Shown here piece after piece: positions 13,237 to 26,189 of a stretch of DNA of 64,000 nt (position 1 is its first letter; every line of letters begins with the position of its first letter). This DNA is from Rebecca billardiae RCC1528 (Eukaryota; Protista; Haptophyta): positions 1,984,001 to 2,048,000 of the forward strand of contig OZ251232.1 in assembly GCA_965240325.2 (NCBI GenBank), read 5' to 3'. The position numbers and the translations under genes are program-made. The notes beneath the pieces are model-generated. The model saw nothing but the letters and a program-made list of their open reading frames with translations, was not told where the DNA came from and did not search any database.

Positions 13237-16200
13237 AAAGTCGAAGGCTGCTGAAAACCCGCGTGAGACGTGAGCATCATCGTAGGAGGTGTCGACGAAG
13301 GTTCACTCTGACGCGCGCAGTCCGTTTCGACTCTGGCTGGCGCGCGCGCTATATGGCTAGGACGGATCGTGCCGGAGCGCTCGGAGTAGCCGGCTTCTCC
13401 CCGTTGCACGAGACTGTGCTGCTCCATTGGCAACATGACTGGGTTGTCATTCGTAAGCGTCAGTCAGGGACGTGACATGTGATGACCATGGCCTAGGCCA
13501 CTGAGGACGCAAGATCAAATCAGCCACAGGAGTTGTGACCTCGAGCGCGAGCGCGCGCGCTCGGCACGCCCCCCGCGCGTGTACCGCATGCCCGAGCCCG
13601 CCCTTCAGATGCGCACGGCGCGCGCGCCGACTCGGCGCTTCTCGCTGGCTCTAGCCGCAGCCGCACCTCTCCGTAGCCGTTGGTCGTGACACACCCAGCT
13701 CAGCTTGGTCAGATTCGAGCTCGAGCTCTCGCGCGCGCGACAGTAGAGGCGGGCCGCCGGTGCCATGTGTACGCTCATCGGGGCCGTACCTGGCGCTGCG
13801 CGCCGCGCCGGCGCGCGCGCGTGTGCGCACGCGCCGCAGCAGCCGTGTCGTTGCTTGAGCCGTGAGGTGCCGGCTGATCGGCAGGTCGGGAGGTCGTGAG
13901 ATCTGAGCTGAGCCGAGACTCCGGCCGTGGCGGCGGCGCAGGATGAGCGCCGAGCGCGCGCGCGCGCCCTCGCGCTCGGCACGCCCCCCGCGCGTGTACC
14001 GCGTGCCCGAGCCCGCCCTTCAGATGCGCATGGCGCGCGCGCCGACTCGGCGCTTCTCGCTGGCTCTACCCGCAGCTCTCCGTAGCCGTTGGCCGTGACA
14101 CACCCAGCTCAGCTTGGTCAGATTCGAGCTCGAGCTCTCGCGCGCACGACGGTAGAGGCGGGCCGCCGGTGCCATGTGTACGCTCACCGGGGCCGTACCT
14201 GGCGCTGCGCGCCGCGCCGGCGCGCCAGCTTGCCCGCACGCGCCGCAGCAGCCGTGTTGTTGCCTGAGCCGTGAGGTGCCGGCTGATCGGCAGGTCGGGA
14301 GGTCGTGAGATCTGAGCTGAGCCGAAACTCCGGCCGTGGCGGCGGCGCAGGAGGAGCGCCGAGCGCGCGCGCGCGCCCTCGCGCTCGGCACGCCCCCCGC
14401 GCGTGTACCGCGTGCCCGAGCCCGCCCTTCAGATGCGCACGGCGCGCGCGCCGACTCGGCGCTTCTCGCTGGCTCTAGCCGCAGCCGCAGCTCTCCGTAG
14501 CCGTTGGCCATGACACACCCAGCTCAGCTTGGTCAGATTCGAGCTCGAGCTCTCGCGCGCACGACGGTAGAGGCGGGCCGCCGGTGCCATGTGTACGCTC
14601 ACCGGGGCCGTACCTGGCGATGCGCGCCGCGCCGGCGCGCCAGCTTGCGCGCACGCGCCGCAGCAGCCGTGTTGTTGCCTGAGCCGTGAGGTGCCGGCTG
14701 ATCGGCAGGTCGTGAGGTCGTGTGAGCTGAGCTGAGCCAAAACTCTGGCCATGGTGGTGGCGCGCGGGCAGCTGTGACCTCAAGTGCGGGCGTGCACGCG
14801 CGTCGCACAGCCCTGCATCGACGTTACCGGCATCTGGCTCGGTGAAGTCCGTCCCAAACATATGAGCCCCAGCACCATCTCAATGGCTTGGCCGAGCCTG
14901 TCGTTCACGGAGAGGTCGTGGCGATCATAGGTCGCTGCCATCGCAGTCTTCGATACGCGCTGACCCTTCCTGTATGCCACGGCTAAGCTCAAGTTGGCCA
15001 TGATCGTCGGCGCCGCTGCTCGCTGTGCGCATGGTCGCACCGTGGGGCTCTCGGCCGCCGGCGGCGGTCGCCCTGCAGCCATGCACAAGCTGCTCGCCGA
15101 TTGGTCGGTTACAAGAATCTACTTTTGAATCGCAGCCATCATCCGTCTAAGAGCTCCGGCGACGGCCGCGTGCGGCGCGGTGGCGGCCGCCTGGGCGACA
15201 CAGCGCGCGCAGCACCCGGCGTTAGAGCGCAATCGACGCATACAACCTCGAAGAGGCAGCGCTAGTGGGTCGTACTATCGTGGTTTGCAGCCCTTCTCTC
15301 CATGCTCTGCGCATTGCCACCGCCGCGCGCCGCAACGCTTAAGCATCAGCGAGCTCTCGCAAATCACTACGCGCATGGTCTCCTCCTCGCCCACCAGGGC
15401 CGAATGATCGGAGGTCGCGCTGTGGTGGAATACCGACCTGAATATTGTCGTGCGCGTGGTGCAGCCCGGGCGCCTCAGCGCACCCCTGGCACCAGCGCAC
15501 CATTTACCTCTCTTTTATTACCACTTAAGTCGGAGGCTGCTGAAAACCCGCGTGAGACGTGAGCATCATCGTAGGAGGTGTCGACGAAGGTTCACTCTGA
15601 CGCGCGCAGTCCGTTTCGACTCTGGCTGGCGCGCGCGCTATATGGCTAGGACGGATCGTGCCGGAGCGCTCGGAGTAGCCGGCTTCTCCCCGTTGCACGA
15701 GACTGTGCTGCTCCATTGGCAACATGACTGGGTTGTCATTCGTAAGCGTCAGTCAGGGACGTGACATGTGATGACCATGGCCTAGGCCACTGAGGACGCA
15801 AGATCAAATCAGCCACAGGAGTTGTGACCTCGAGCGCGAGCGCGCGCGCTCGGCACGCCCCCCGCGCGTGTACCGCATGCCCGAGCCCGCCCTTCAGATG
15901 CGCACGGCGCGCGCGCCGACTCGGCGCTTCTCGCTGGCTCTAGCCGCAGCCGCACCTCTCCGTAGCCGTTGGTCGTGACACACCCAGCTCAGCTTGGTCA
16001 GATTCGAGCTCGAGCTCTCGCGCGCGCGACAGTAGAGGCGGGCCGCCGGTGCCATGTGTACGCTCATCGGGGCCGTACCTGGCGCTGCGCGCCGCGCCGG
16101 CGCGCGCGCGTGTGCGCACGCGCCGCAGCAGCCGTGTCGTTGCTTGAGCCGTGAGGTGCCGGCTGATCGGCAGGTCGGGAGGTCGTGAGATCTGAGCTGA

Positions 16201-18231
16201 GCCGAGACTCCGGCCGTGGCGGCGGCGCAGGATGAGCGCCGAGCGCGCGCGCGCGCCCTCGCGCTCGGCACGCCCCCCGCGCGTGTACCGCGTGCCCGAG
16301 CCCGCCCTTCAGATGCGCATGGCGCGCGCGCCGACTCGGCGCTTCTCGCTGGCTCTACCCGCAGCTCTCCGTAGCCGTTGGCCGTGACACACCCAGCTCA
16401 GCTTGGTCAGATTCGAGCTCGAGCTCTCGCGCGCACGACGGTAGAGGCGGGCCGCCGGTGCCATGTGTACGCTCACCGGGGCCGTACCTGGCGCTGCGCG
16501 CCGCGCCGGCGCGCCAGCTTGCGCGCACGCGCCGCAGCAGCCGTGTTGTTGCCTGAGCCGTGAGGTGCCGGCTGATCGGCAGGTCGGGAGGTCGTGAGAT
16601 CTGAGCTGAGCCGAAACTCCGGCCGTGGCGGCGGCGCAGGAGGAGCGCCGAGCGCGCGCGCGCGCCCTCGCGCTCGGCACGCCCCCCGCGCGTGTACCGC
16701 ATGCCCGAGCCCGCCGTTCAGATGCGCACGGCGCGCGCGCCGACTCGGCGCTTCTCGCTGGCTCTACCCGCAGCCGCAGCTCTCCGTAGCCGTTGGCCGT
16801 GACACACCCAGCTCAGCTTGGTCAGATTCGAGCTCGAGCTCTCGCGCGCACGACGGTAGAGGCGGGCCGCCGGTGCCATGTGTACGCTCACTGGGGCCGT
16901 ACCTGGCGCTGCGCGCCGCGCCGGCGCGCCAGCTTGCCCGCACGCGCCGCAGCAGCCGTGTTGTTGCCTGAGCAGTGAGGTGCCGGCTGATCGGCAGGTC
17001 GGGAGGTCGTGAGATCTGAGCTGAGCCGAAACTCCGGCCGTGGCGGCGGCGCAGGAGGAGCGCCGAGCGCGCGCGCGCGCCCTCGCGCTCGGCACGCCCC
17101 CCGCGCGTGTACCGCGTGCCCGAGCCCGCCCTTCAGATGCGCACGGCGCGCGCGCCGACTCGGCGCTTCTCGCTGGCTCTAGCCGCAGCCGCAGCTCTCC
17201 GTAGCCGTTGGCCATGACACACCCAGCTCAGCTTGGTCAGATTCGAGCTCGAGCTCTCGCGCGCACGACGGTAGAGGCGGGCCGCCGGTGCCATGTGTAC
17301 GCTCACCGGGGCCGTACCTGGCGATGCGCGCCGCGCCGGCGCGCCAGCTTGCGCGCACGCGCCGCAGCAGCCGTGTTGTTGCCTGAGCCGTGAGGTGCCG
17401 GCTGATCGGCAGGTCGTGAGGTCGTGTGAGCTGAGCTGAGCCAAAACTCTGGCCATGGTGGTGGCGCGCGGGCAGCTGTGACCTCAAGTGCGGGCGTGCA
17501 CGCGCGTCGCACAGCCCTGCATCGACGTTACCGGCATCTGGCTCGGTGAAGTCCGTCCCAAACATATGAGCCCCAGCACCATCTCAATGGCTTGGCCGAG
17601 CCTGTCGTTCACGGAGAGGTCGTGGCGATCATAGGTCGCTGCCATCGCAGTCTTCGATACGCGCTGACCCTTCCTGTATGCCACGGCTAAGCTCAAGTTG
17701 GCCATGATCGTCGGCGCCGCTGCTCGCTGTGCGCATGGTCGCACCGTGGGGCTCTCGGCCGCCGGCGGCGGTCGCCCTGTAGCCATGCACAAGCTGCTCG
17801 CCGATTGGTCGGTTACAAGAATCTACTTTTGAATCGCAGCCATCATCCGTCCAAGAGCTCCGGCGACGGCCGCGTGCGGCGCGGTGGCGGCCGCCTGGGC
17901 GACACAGCGCGCGCAGCACCCGGCGTTAGAGCGCAATCGACGCATACAACCTCGAAGAGGCAGCGCTAGTGGGTCGTACTATCGTGGTTTGCAGCCCTTC
18001 TCTCCATGCTCTGCGCATTGCCACCGCCGCGCGCCGCAACGCTTAAGCATCAGCGAGCTCTCGCAAATCACTACGCGCATGGTCTCCTCCTCGCCCACCA
18101 GGGCCGAATGATCGGAGGTCGCGCTGTGGTGGAATACCGACCTGAATATTGTCGTGCGCGTGGTGCAGCCCGGGCGCCTCAGCGCACCCCTGGCACCAGC
18201 GCACCATTTACCTCTCTTTTATTACCACTTA

Positions 18232-19039
18232 GTACCCCTCAGGTTTAAGCGTTCGCTTCGCTGGCTACGTGATTGCACGCCCGCTCACGCCGTGACGAGC
18301 GCACCATGGCGGCTCTCTCGCTCGTGGCGCACGGTCGGGGAGCACCCGCGTCTGCGCAGACACACGGCTCGCCCGCACGTGTGCTGTGTCGCGCACGCGC
18401 GCGCTCGCGCGGCCGGCCATCGCGCACAGACCTGACTGGTCTCACATGCACCAGCATGGTCGTGCACGCACAGCGCCGCTCCGCGCACGCAATAAATTCG
18501 AGCGTGGTGCGCATGCACGTACACTCTGTGTCCCTGGTCCACACACAGCGTGTGAGCTCGTGCTTTGACCACGTGCAGGCGCACCACAGACTTTCGCGCA
18601 GCTGCCGCGCCGGGCCGTGCCAGCGGCTCGACAGGCTCAGCTCGTGGGCAGCGCTCGCTCGATTGCATGCTCCTGCCGCGCAGGGTGCCCAGCTTGCTGC
18701 GCTCGGTGTGTACTGGCGCGCTCGGACGGCACCCCGCGTACGCCTCGGGCCACGCGTGGGAGCCTAGCTCCACGCACGGAGGACTCGCAGGCGCAGGCCG
18801 GCGGCTGCCTCACACGGCTTGGTCGGGAGGCCGCCGCGCGGCTACCGTCGAGCTCGCCGATCGGCTGCACCTACTTTCAGCGCACGCTACCGCCGCCTCG
18901 CGCACGACACGGCAAGGTTGAACACGTGACTGTGGGCGGGCATCAGCCCCAAGTACGCAGCCATCAGCACCACGGCCTTCACCTTCAGCGCCGACGATAG
19001 AGCCGCCGCTTGATTTTATCGCTTAAACTTGAGGGCCAC
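18232..19039. mobile_element. 808-bp MITE, copy 3, forming the right boundary of the array
   Basis: Same sequence and left junction. The right end is followed by TATATA and unrelated sequence instead of agtcg. Confidence 0.92.
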
Positions 19040-20059
19040 TATATAGCAAAGTCCGGACGCCCAGCTGGCGACCGGTGGCCACGATGGCGGCCACGCCCGC
19101 CGCGTGGTGTGGGCGGGACCTTGCAAGATCAATCAAGGCGGATACAAGTGGCGGAGACTTTGATCGTCGGCTAGCCCCCGTGCAGTGTGCTCTTAGCTAC
19201 ACACTTATCAGAGCTGGCTCGTCTCCTCCCTCAAGACCCGCTGCTCTGTCTAGATTCTGGGTGAGCATTGCAGCATTCGCCTGATCCTCATGCGAGGGAC
19301 GACGACAACTGGCGAGCCGCTAGGCTGCTCAACGGTGACGAAGGCAGCAGTCGAGCTGCCAAGCAAAGGTCGACGCAGTGTACCTGTGCATGCGATGCGC
19401 GGGGCAGCGCGCGCCATCGTATCGCCCGTCGCCGTCGGCCACGCAGCTGCTACCGGCCAGCTGACATGATGACGCAGGGCCAGCTGAGCAGCTGCTGTGC
19501 CGAGGATCACATGGGTGCCAAGGGCTGGCAGGTGGCGTCATCACGGCGTATGCTGCGTGTGCTGCTCTCACTTACCGTGGTTGACCGGCTGCTCTGCCAG
19601 CGCGTGCCCGTGGCTGTTGCTGGGCAGGCAACGGCGCTCCTCCAGCCCGAGACAGGCTGCGCGCGTGCTGGTGAGCAGCCAACCTGCAGCTGATGTACAG
19701 GCGGCCGCAAGCTGGCATGGCCGAGGGCACGCGGTGGCATGGTGTCTATATTAACCCACGAGCTGCCGGCCGCGCTCGCACACGCCGTGCAATCGCCTGC
19801 CGCTGCCGGGTTTGGGCACACTCGCGGGGGGGGCGCTCACCAGGCATTGGTCACACGCCCTCGGCGCCTCTGCCTAGCTAGCACTTGCAGACACACCGTG
19901 CGGCAGCCCAGCGGCCACCATCCGCAGCGGTGGCTGCGAACTGGCCGAGGCTACGGGCGCGCGGCTGCATACTCTCCTTATTGGAACGTGCGCTGTCAAG
20001 TGTGATCGAGCTGACGGCGGACACGCCGGTCGGTGCTGTGTTCTTGCGCTCTCGGGGCC

Positions 20060-20470
20060 GGTGGTCATCAGGCGGTGGATACGCAGCGCGCCGCCACGGT
20101 GCGCCAGCGCCGCAGCCGACGACTGCGGCTGCGACCAGTGTCGCGCAGCGGCGGCTGAGGGCTGTCGCGGCGGATGCGGCGACGGCGGCGGCGGCGGCGT
20201 GGTCTGGGCATGGGCTGCCGACGCCACGCGCGCACGCTGAGCGCGTGCAGCTCAGGCACAGCGACTTCGCGCGCTTATGACCGGCTGTCACCAGGCGGTG
20301 GACACGCGGCGCGCCGCCACTGTGCGCCGGCGCGGCCGCAACCGACTGCGGCCGCCGACTGCGGCCGCGACCAGCGTCGCGCAGCGGCGGCTGAGGGCTG
20401 TCGGGGCGGAGCGCGCGTGGCTGCGCGGCGGCGTGGTCTGGGCATGGGCTGCCGACGCTGCGTGCGCACA
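20060..20470. repeat. Two diverged ~220-240-bp direct repeats
   Basis: caggcggtggayacgc...gcagcggcggctgagggctgtcg...gtggtctgggcatgggctgccgacgc occurs from ~20069 and again from ~20292. Confidence 0.75.
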
Positions 20471-20499
20471 GGCGTGCGCACCCAGACCGGCGACGCTGA

Positions 20500-22860
20500 T
20501 CGACGCGCCCATCGCGCTGGAGCCGCTGTCATCCGACGCTGCTGTGCCCGCGCCCAGCAGCGCTCGACTCCGCGCCCAGTGCGGCGGCAGCAGCAGGGAT
20601 GGTGCCACGGCGGGCGGCGGGCGCTGATGCAGCTGACGGCTCGGCTGTGCGCGCCCGAGGGGCCTGGGCGACGGGCGCGCCGAGCGCGGTGACGCCTCTC
20701 GCCTCGCCCGTCGCGCTGGAGCCGCTGCCATCCGACGCTGCTGTGCCCGCGCCCAGCTTGGGCAGCAGCGACTGCGCTCGACTCCGCGCCGCGCGCGGCG
20801 GCAGCAGCAGGGATGGTGCCACGGCGGGCGGCGGCGGTCGACGGAGCTGCCAGCTCGGCGGTGCGCGCCCGAGGGGCGTGGGCGCTGGACGCACCGAGCG
20901 CGGTGACGCCTCTCGCCTCGCCCATCGCGCTGGAGCCGCTGCCATCCGACGCTGCTGTGCCCGCGCCCAGCTTGGGCAGCAGCGACTGCGCTCGACTCCG
21001 CGCCGCGCGCGGCGGCAGCAGCAGGGATGGTGCCACGGCGGGCGGCGGCGGTCGACGGAGCTGCCAGCTCGGCGGTGCGCGCCCGAGGGGCCTGGGCGCT
21101 GGACGCACCGAGCGCAGTGCCGCTGCTCGCCTCGCCCATCGCGCTGGAGCCGCTGCCATCCGACGCTGCTGCGCCCGCGCCCAGCTTGGGCAGCAGCGGC
21201 TGCGCTCGACTCCGCGCCGCGTGCGGCGGCAGCAGCAGGGATGGTGCCACGGCGGGCGGCGGCGGTCGACGGAGCTGCCAGCTCGGCGGTGCGCGCCCGA
21301 GGGGCCTGGGCGCTGGACGCACCGAACGCGGTGCCGCTGCTCGCCTCGCCCATCGCGCTGGAGCCGCTGCCATCCGACGCTGCTGCGCCCGCGCCCAGCT
21401 TGGGCAGCAGCGACTGCGCTCGACTCCGCGCCGCGCGCGGCGGCAGCAGCAGGGATGGTGCCACGGCGGGCGGCGGCGGTCGACGGAGCTGCCAGCTCGG
21501 CGGTGCGCGCCCGAGGGGCGTGGGCGCTGGACGCACCGAGCGCGGTGACGCCTCTCGCCTCGCCCATCGCGCTGGAGCCGCTGCCATCCGACGCTGCTGT
21601 GCCCGCGCCCAGCTTGGGCAGCAGCGACTGCGCTCGACTCCGCGCCGCGTGCGGCGGCAGCAGCAGGGATGGTGCCACGGCGGGCGGCGGCGGTCGACGG
21701 AGCTGCCAGCTCGGCGGTGCGCGCCCGAGGGGCGTGGGCGCTGGACGCACCGAGCGCGGTGACGCCTCTCGCCTCGCCCATCGCGCTGGAGCCGCTGCCA
21801 TCCGACGCTGCTGTGCCCGCGCCCAGCTTGGGCAGCAGCGACTGCGCTCGACTCCGCGCCGCGCGCGGCGGCAGCAGCAGGGATGGTGCCACGGCGGGCG
21901 GCGGCGGTCGACGGAGCTGCCAGCTCGGCGGTGCGCGCCCGAGGGGCGTGGGCGCTGGACGCACCGAGCGCAGTGCCGCTGCTCGCCTCGCCCATCGCGC
22001 TGGAGCCGCTGCCATCCGACGCTGCTGCGCCCGCGCCAAGCTTGGGCAGCAGCGGCTGCGCTCGACTCCGCGCCGCGTGCGGCGGCAGCAGCAGGGATGG
22101 TGCCACGGCGGGCGGCGGCGGTCGACGGAGCTGCCAGCTCGGCGGTGCGCGCCCGAGGGGCGTGGGCGCTGGACGCACCGAACGCGGTGCCGCTGCTCGC
22201 CTCGCCCATCGCGCTGGAGCCGCTGCCATCCGACGCTGCTGCGCCCGCGCCAAGCTTGGGCAGCAGCGACTGCGCTCGACTCCGCGCCGCGTGCGGCGGC
22301 AGCAGCAGGGATGGTGCCACGGCGGGCGGCGGCGGTCGACGGAGCTGTCAGCTCGGCGGTGTGCGCCCGAGGGGCCTGGGGGGTGGGCGCACCGAACGCG
22401 GTGCCGCTGCTCGCCTCGCCCATCGCGCTGGAGCCGCTGCCATCCGACGCTGCTGCGCCCGCGCCCAGCTTGGGCAGCAGCGGCTGCGCTTGACTCCGCG
22501 CCGCGTGCGGCGGCAGCAGCAGGGATGGTGCCACGGCGGGCGGCGGCGGTCGACGGAGCTGTCAGCTCGGCGGTGTGCGCCCGAGGGGCCTGGGGGGTGG
22601 GCGCACCGAACGCGGTGCCGCTGCTCGCCTCGCCCATCGCGCTGGAGCCGCTGCCATCCGACGCTGCTGCGCCCGCGCCAAGCTTGGGCAGCAGCGACTG
22701 CGCTCGACTCCGCGCCGCGTGCGGCGGCAGCAGCAGGGATGGTGCCACGGCGGGCGACGGGCGCTGATGCAGCTGGCGGCTCGGCGGTGCGCGCCCGAGG
22801 GGCCTGGGCGACGGACGCGCCGAGGGCGATGACGCCGCCTGCTTCGCCCAGCGCGCCGAG
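20500..22860. repeat. 214-bp tandem repeat, about 11 copies
   Basis: The motif cagcagggatggtgccacggcggg recurs every 214 bp (ORF starts 20599, 20813, 21027, 21669, 21883). The long ORFs here are stop-free repeat read-through. Confidence 0.96.
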
Positions 22861-22933
22861 GAGCAGCTGCTGCCGTTACTCTGACGTCTACGTCTACTGA
22901 GATGATGCCGATGGCGTCTTGCAGTACGACAGC

Positions 22934-23366
22934 ATCATATATATACATATATATATATATATGATGCTGATAGATATATAGCTAGTGATGCGCGCAGAGC
23001 CAGTCTGAGCAGCTCATGCCGCTGCCCAATGACTCTCAGATCCGCGCTGCCGGGCCAAGGATGATGATGCGCGGCCTGCGGCTGCTGATCGGAGGCGATG
23101 ACGCCGATGCTGACGATGACGTGCGCCCGGCCTGTCGATACTCGATGGCGGATCGGACGTCCGAGTCATCATATATCTATCGCGATCGATATCATAATAA
23201 TTAATCATGACGCGATGCTGACACGGCTGACTGCTATCATCAGCATATCGATCAGCAGCGCATCGTCAGGATGACGAACATATCAGTCAGCGACAGCAAG
23301 TGGCCTGCTGTGCTCATATATATATATATACTATAGCTCTCTTCCTCTCTCTCTCTCTCTCTCTCC

Positions 23367-23413
<47 letters not shown>

Positions 23414-23723
23414 GTCTCTCTCTCTCTCTCTCTGGTAAGTATGGACCAGCCAGAGTCGACTGACGGCTAGCTGCTGATGATGATGACGACGGTCGTCGTC
23501 AGCAGATGTCATCAGCTGCAGCTATTAGTATATACGTACCAGTACAGTATTAGATTTAGTTCCGTCTCGGGGACGCACCGCTCCGCCGTGTGATCCGATG
23601 ACCGATCATCCAGACCGTCAGTGGCGACGCGCGCGAGTCAGTAGCTGCGCGCGCGCGTACGTGCGCTATTACTAGCTGGCTGAGTCTCAGTGTCGTCAGT
23701 CAGCAGCATATATACTGCTCGCC

Positions 23724-23812
<89 letters not shown>
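22934..23812. repeat. Microsatellite cluster: (TA)n ~22937-22962 and ~23316-23330, (CT)n ~23337-23432, (AG)n ~23727-23812
   Basis: Directly visible simple repeats. Confidence 0.95.
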
Positions 23813-23814
<2 letters not shown>

Positions 23815-23865
23815 TCAGTGCGTGTCATTGATGCTCGCGCAGAGCTCATGGTCGTGGCTCGGTCA

Positions 23866-24203
23866 CGCGATGCAGCACATTGCGCTGGTGCCAGGCCGCC
23901 ACGCGCATGGCCGGACATGGTAACGCGTTGTACCATGAGTGCACTCGACTGCACAAAGGAGCAGCGGGCCCAGAATCCTACGCATAGCGAGCACGCACGC
24001 GCGCAGAGCTCAGGGTGGTGGCCCGGTCACTCGTCGGATGACGTGAGAGAGGGAGAAGCACACGATGCAGCACATTGTGCTGGTGCCAGGCCGCCGCGCG
24101 CATGGCCGGACATGGTAACGCGTTGTACCATGAGTGCACTCGACTGCACAAAGGAGCAGCGGGCCCAGAACCCTACGCATAGCGAGCATGCACGCGCGCG
24201 CAG
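23866..24203. repeat. Direct duplication of ~140 bp at 195-bp offset
   Basis: gatgcagcacattgygctggtgccaggccgcc...gcatagcgagcaygcacgcgcgc at ~23869 and ~24064. Confidence 0.9.
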
Positions 24204-26189
24204 TGCTGAAGGTCGTAGCCGTCGGGTGATGACACGAGAGAGAGAGGGAAGCCGGCAAGCATGTGCGCATCTGTTGGTTGAGGCGTGGGCCATGGGCGCA
24301 TCTTGCTTCAAACACGCACGTATAAGCACTCGTCGCCGCCTCCCCGGTCTCGTTCGAACCACAAATGAAGTGGAGACTGCAGGCAGCGAAGAGACGACTG
24401 ACAACTTCACGCCGGGGATATGACGGGATGCTGATGGGTGCCATGGTAGCAACCAAGAGTTCAAGGTTGTCCTGCCATTGCAAACGCTTACAGTACGTGT
24501 GGTGTGCATGCCCAAGTGCCAGGCACGATGGATCAGTGTCGCTGGCGCCATGCCGCTTGCTTGGTCAAGCTGCACGTCGATCCACACGCGCATGCGCACG
24601 CGTCGGGCGAGCGCGCGAGAGACCATCTGGTTGACGCCAAGCTCAAACATGCACGCTGAGAGCTGCAGAGTTTCAGCTCATGAGGTCCGCAATCCGCATC
24701 CTCTTTGAGCACTTGCATCGCCATTGAGCTCGGGGGAGTCGCGTCCTGGCAACTCGACGCAGGCGATCGGCATCGCTCTCGACACGGGCCCAAAAGTCGG
24801 CGGCTTCGCGCCAGGATTCTCATTTCATCTCGTCATTCTCATCATTCTCATCATGCATCATTCCCGGCCCGAATTTTGTTCTTCCCGTCTAGCTCTTTCA
24901 TCGATTTTCGTCCGCGCCCCTGCCGGCGGGTGCAAAACAGTGAAAACACCCTCGCCATCACGCGCGCCGACGGCTCGCCGGCAGAGATCGCATGACGGTC
25001 ACTCGACGATCAGGCGCGCCTGGTCGCTCACCGCTGAGGGCTCGCCGTGCAATCGTGCCTGAGAGTGACCTAGGGCTGCCTGAGAGACGGATGACATGGT
25101 CAGTAGAGGGATGCCCGAATATTGGATCGAGCAGAATAGTAGGACGCGAGTTACGACTTATACTCGAGTAGATAAGATCACTGATCACCTGGGCAATCCA
25201 AGGGCGCCACCAATAGACTGCTCTCGATGCCCAGCTGCTCGACACAGCAGCTGCCCGCATCCAGGTAGACTTTCGGTGTCTCCAGCATCAGAGCCTCAGA
25301 TTCACACCAGCAATAGCTGTTCTGACCGCCGGCAAAGCAAGCAATGGCACTCTCGGCTTGATCAGGATCACTCCGATCAGTCTTACTACTAGGCTGAGAT
25401 TCCGACGACGATCCCACTAGCCGAAGACGACTGTGTGGACTACGCATGAGGAATCAATCTGCGCCAATCAGCGCGTGCCAATGCCTGCTCCCCCAGAGCA
25501 AGCAGCCAAGAAGTCTCGCATGTCACGGCTGCAAATCACTAAGTGAGCGACCAAGAACACGTTGAGCCCGAAAGTCTCACTCTGGCAGCTGCCGGATCGA
25601 TCTCCATGATGCTAGGCAGCCCTTTGAAAACCATTCCTTTACGAGAAGCATTCCTGAACGAGGCGTTGAACGAAGGTCGTCTACTGCCATTCCATTGCAT
25701 CCGCGCATTACAGCAGCAGTGAAGAAGTGGTCGCCACCGTCGCGACGAGCAGCGCCTGTGTGTGACGAACCAGCTGCCCGCCAAGGCACACATGGCGATA
25801 CTCGTCTCTCGGCAGGAGGAGAGATGCTGTAGGAGGGGACCACCGCTGTGCGGGAATCGGCACACTCCTCGGGCGTGTGGGATCATCCTGTTGTGGCCTA
25901 CCCAATCTCGCTGGGAAAGACATGATGGGCGATGGCGGCTCCGGCGACCATTTATTGCAGCAGAATCTTCCGTAAATACGGGCGAGGTACGCGAATCTTC
26001 AGAAGCCGCTAGCCGATAAACTACACTGGAACAAGGGCGGTACTGGAAGCTCCCGCAAATACGATCAGAGTACGCAGAACTTCAGAAGCCCGCTGGCCAA
26101 TAGTCGGTCGGAAGCCTTCGCAAATACAATTCAGTGTACACATCCGAACCAGAAGAGTATCAGAAGCCTTCACAAGGGCGGGGCTTGAC

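Larger units (their letters stand above)
1..19041. repeat. Higher-order tandem array: 415-bp (one variant 409-bp) GC-rich monomers x3-4 plus ~1.05-kb spacer; unit periods 2704 and 3099, super-period 5803; runs off the left edge
   Basis: Identical ORF translations recur at +2704/+3099/+5803 (e.g. 870, 3574, 6278, 9377, 12081, 15180, 17884). Monomer ORFs recur at +409/+415 (1659, 2068, 2483, 2898). 3099 = 2704 + 810 - 415. Confidence 0.97.

Noticed and set aside
1-19041. Dozens of 60-165-aa ORFs in the array; CRISPR-like or rDNA/snRNA-array interpretation
   Set aside because: The ORFs are R/A-rich shadows repeated with the DNA period. The spacers are near-identical rather than unique, there are no cas genes, and I recognised no 5S, U-snRNA, tRNA or rRNA motifs.
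20275-22900. ORFs of 680-750 aa on both strands
   Set aside because: They arise from a stop-free 214-bp repeat whose period is not a multiple of 3, so all frames cycle through the same text.
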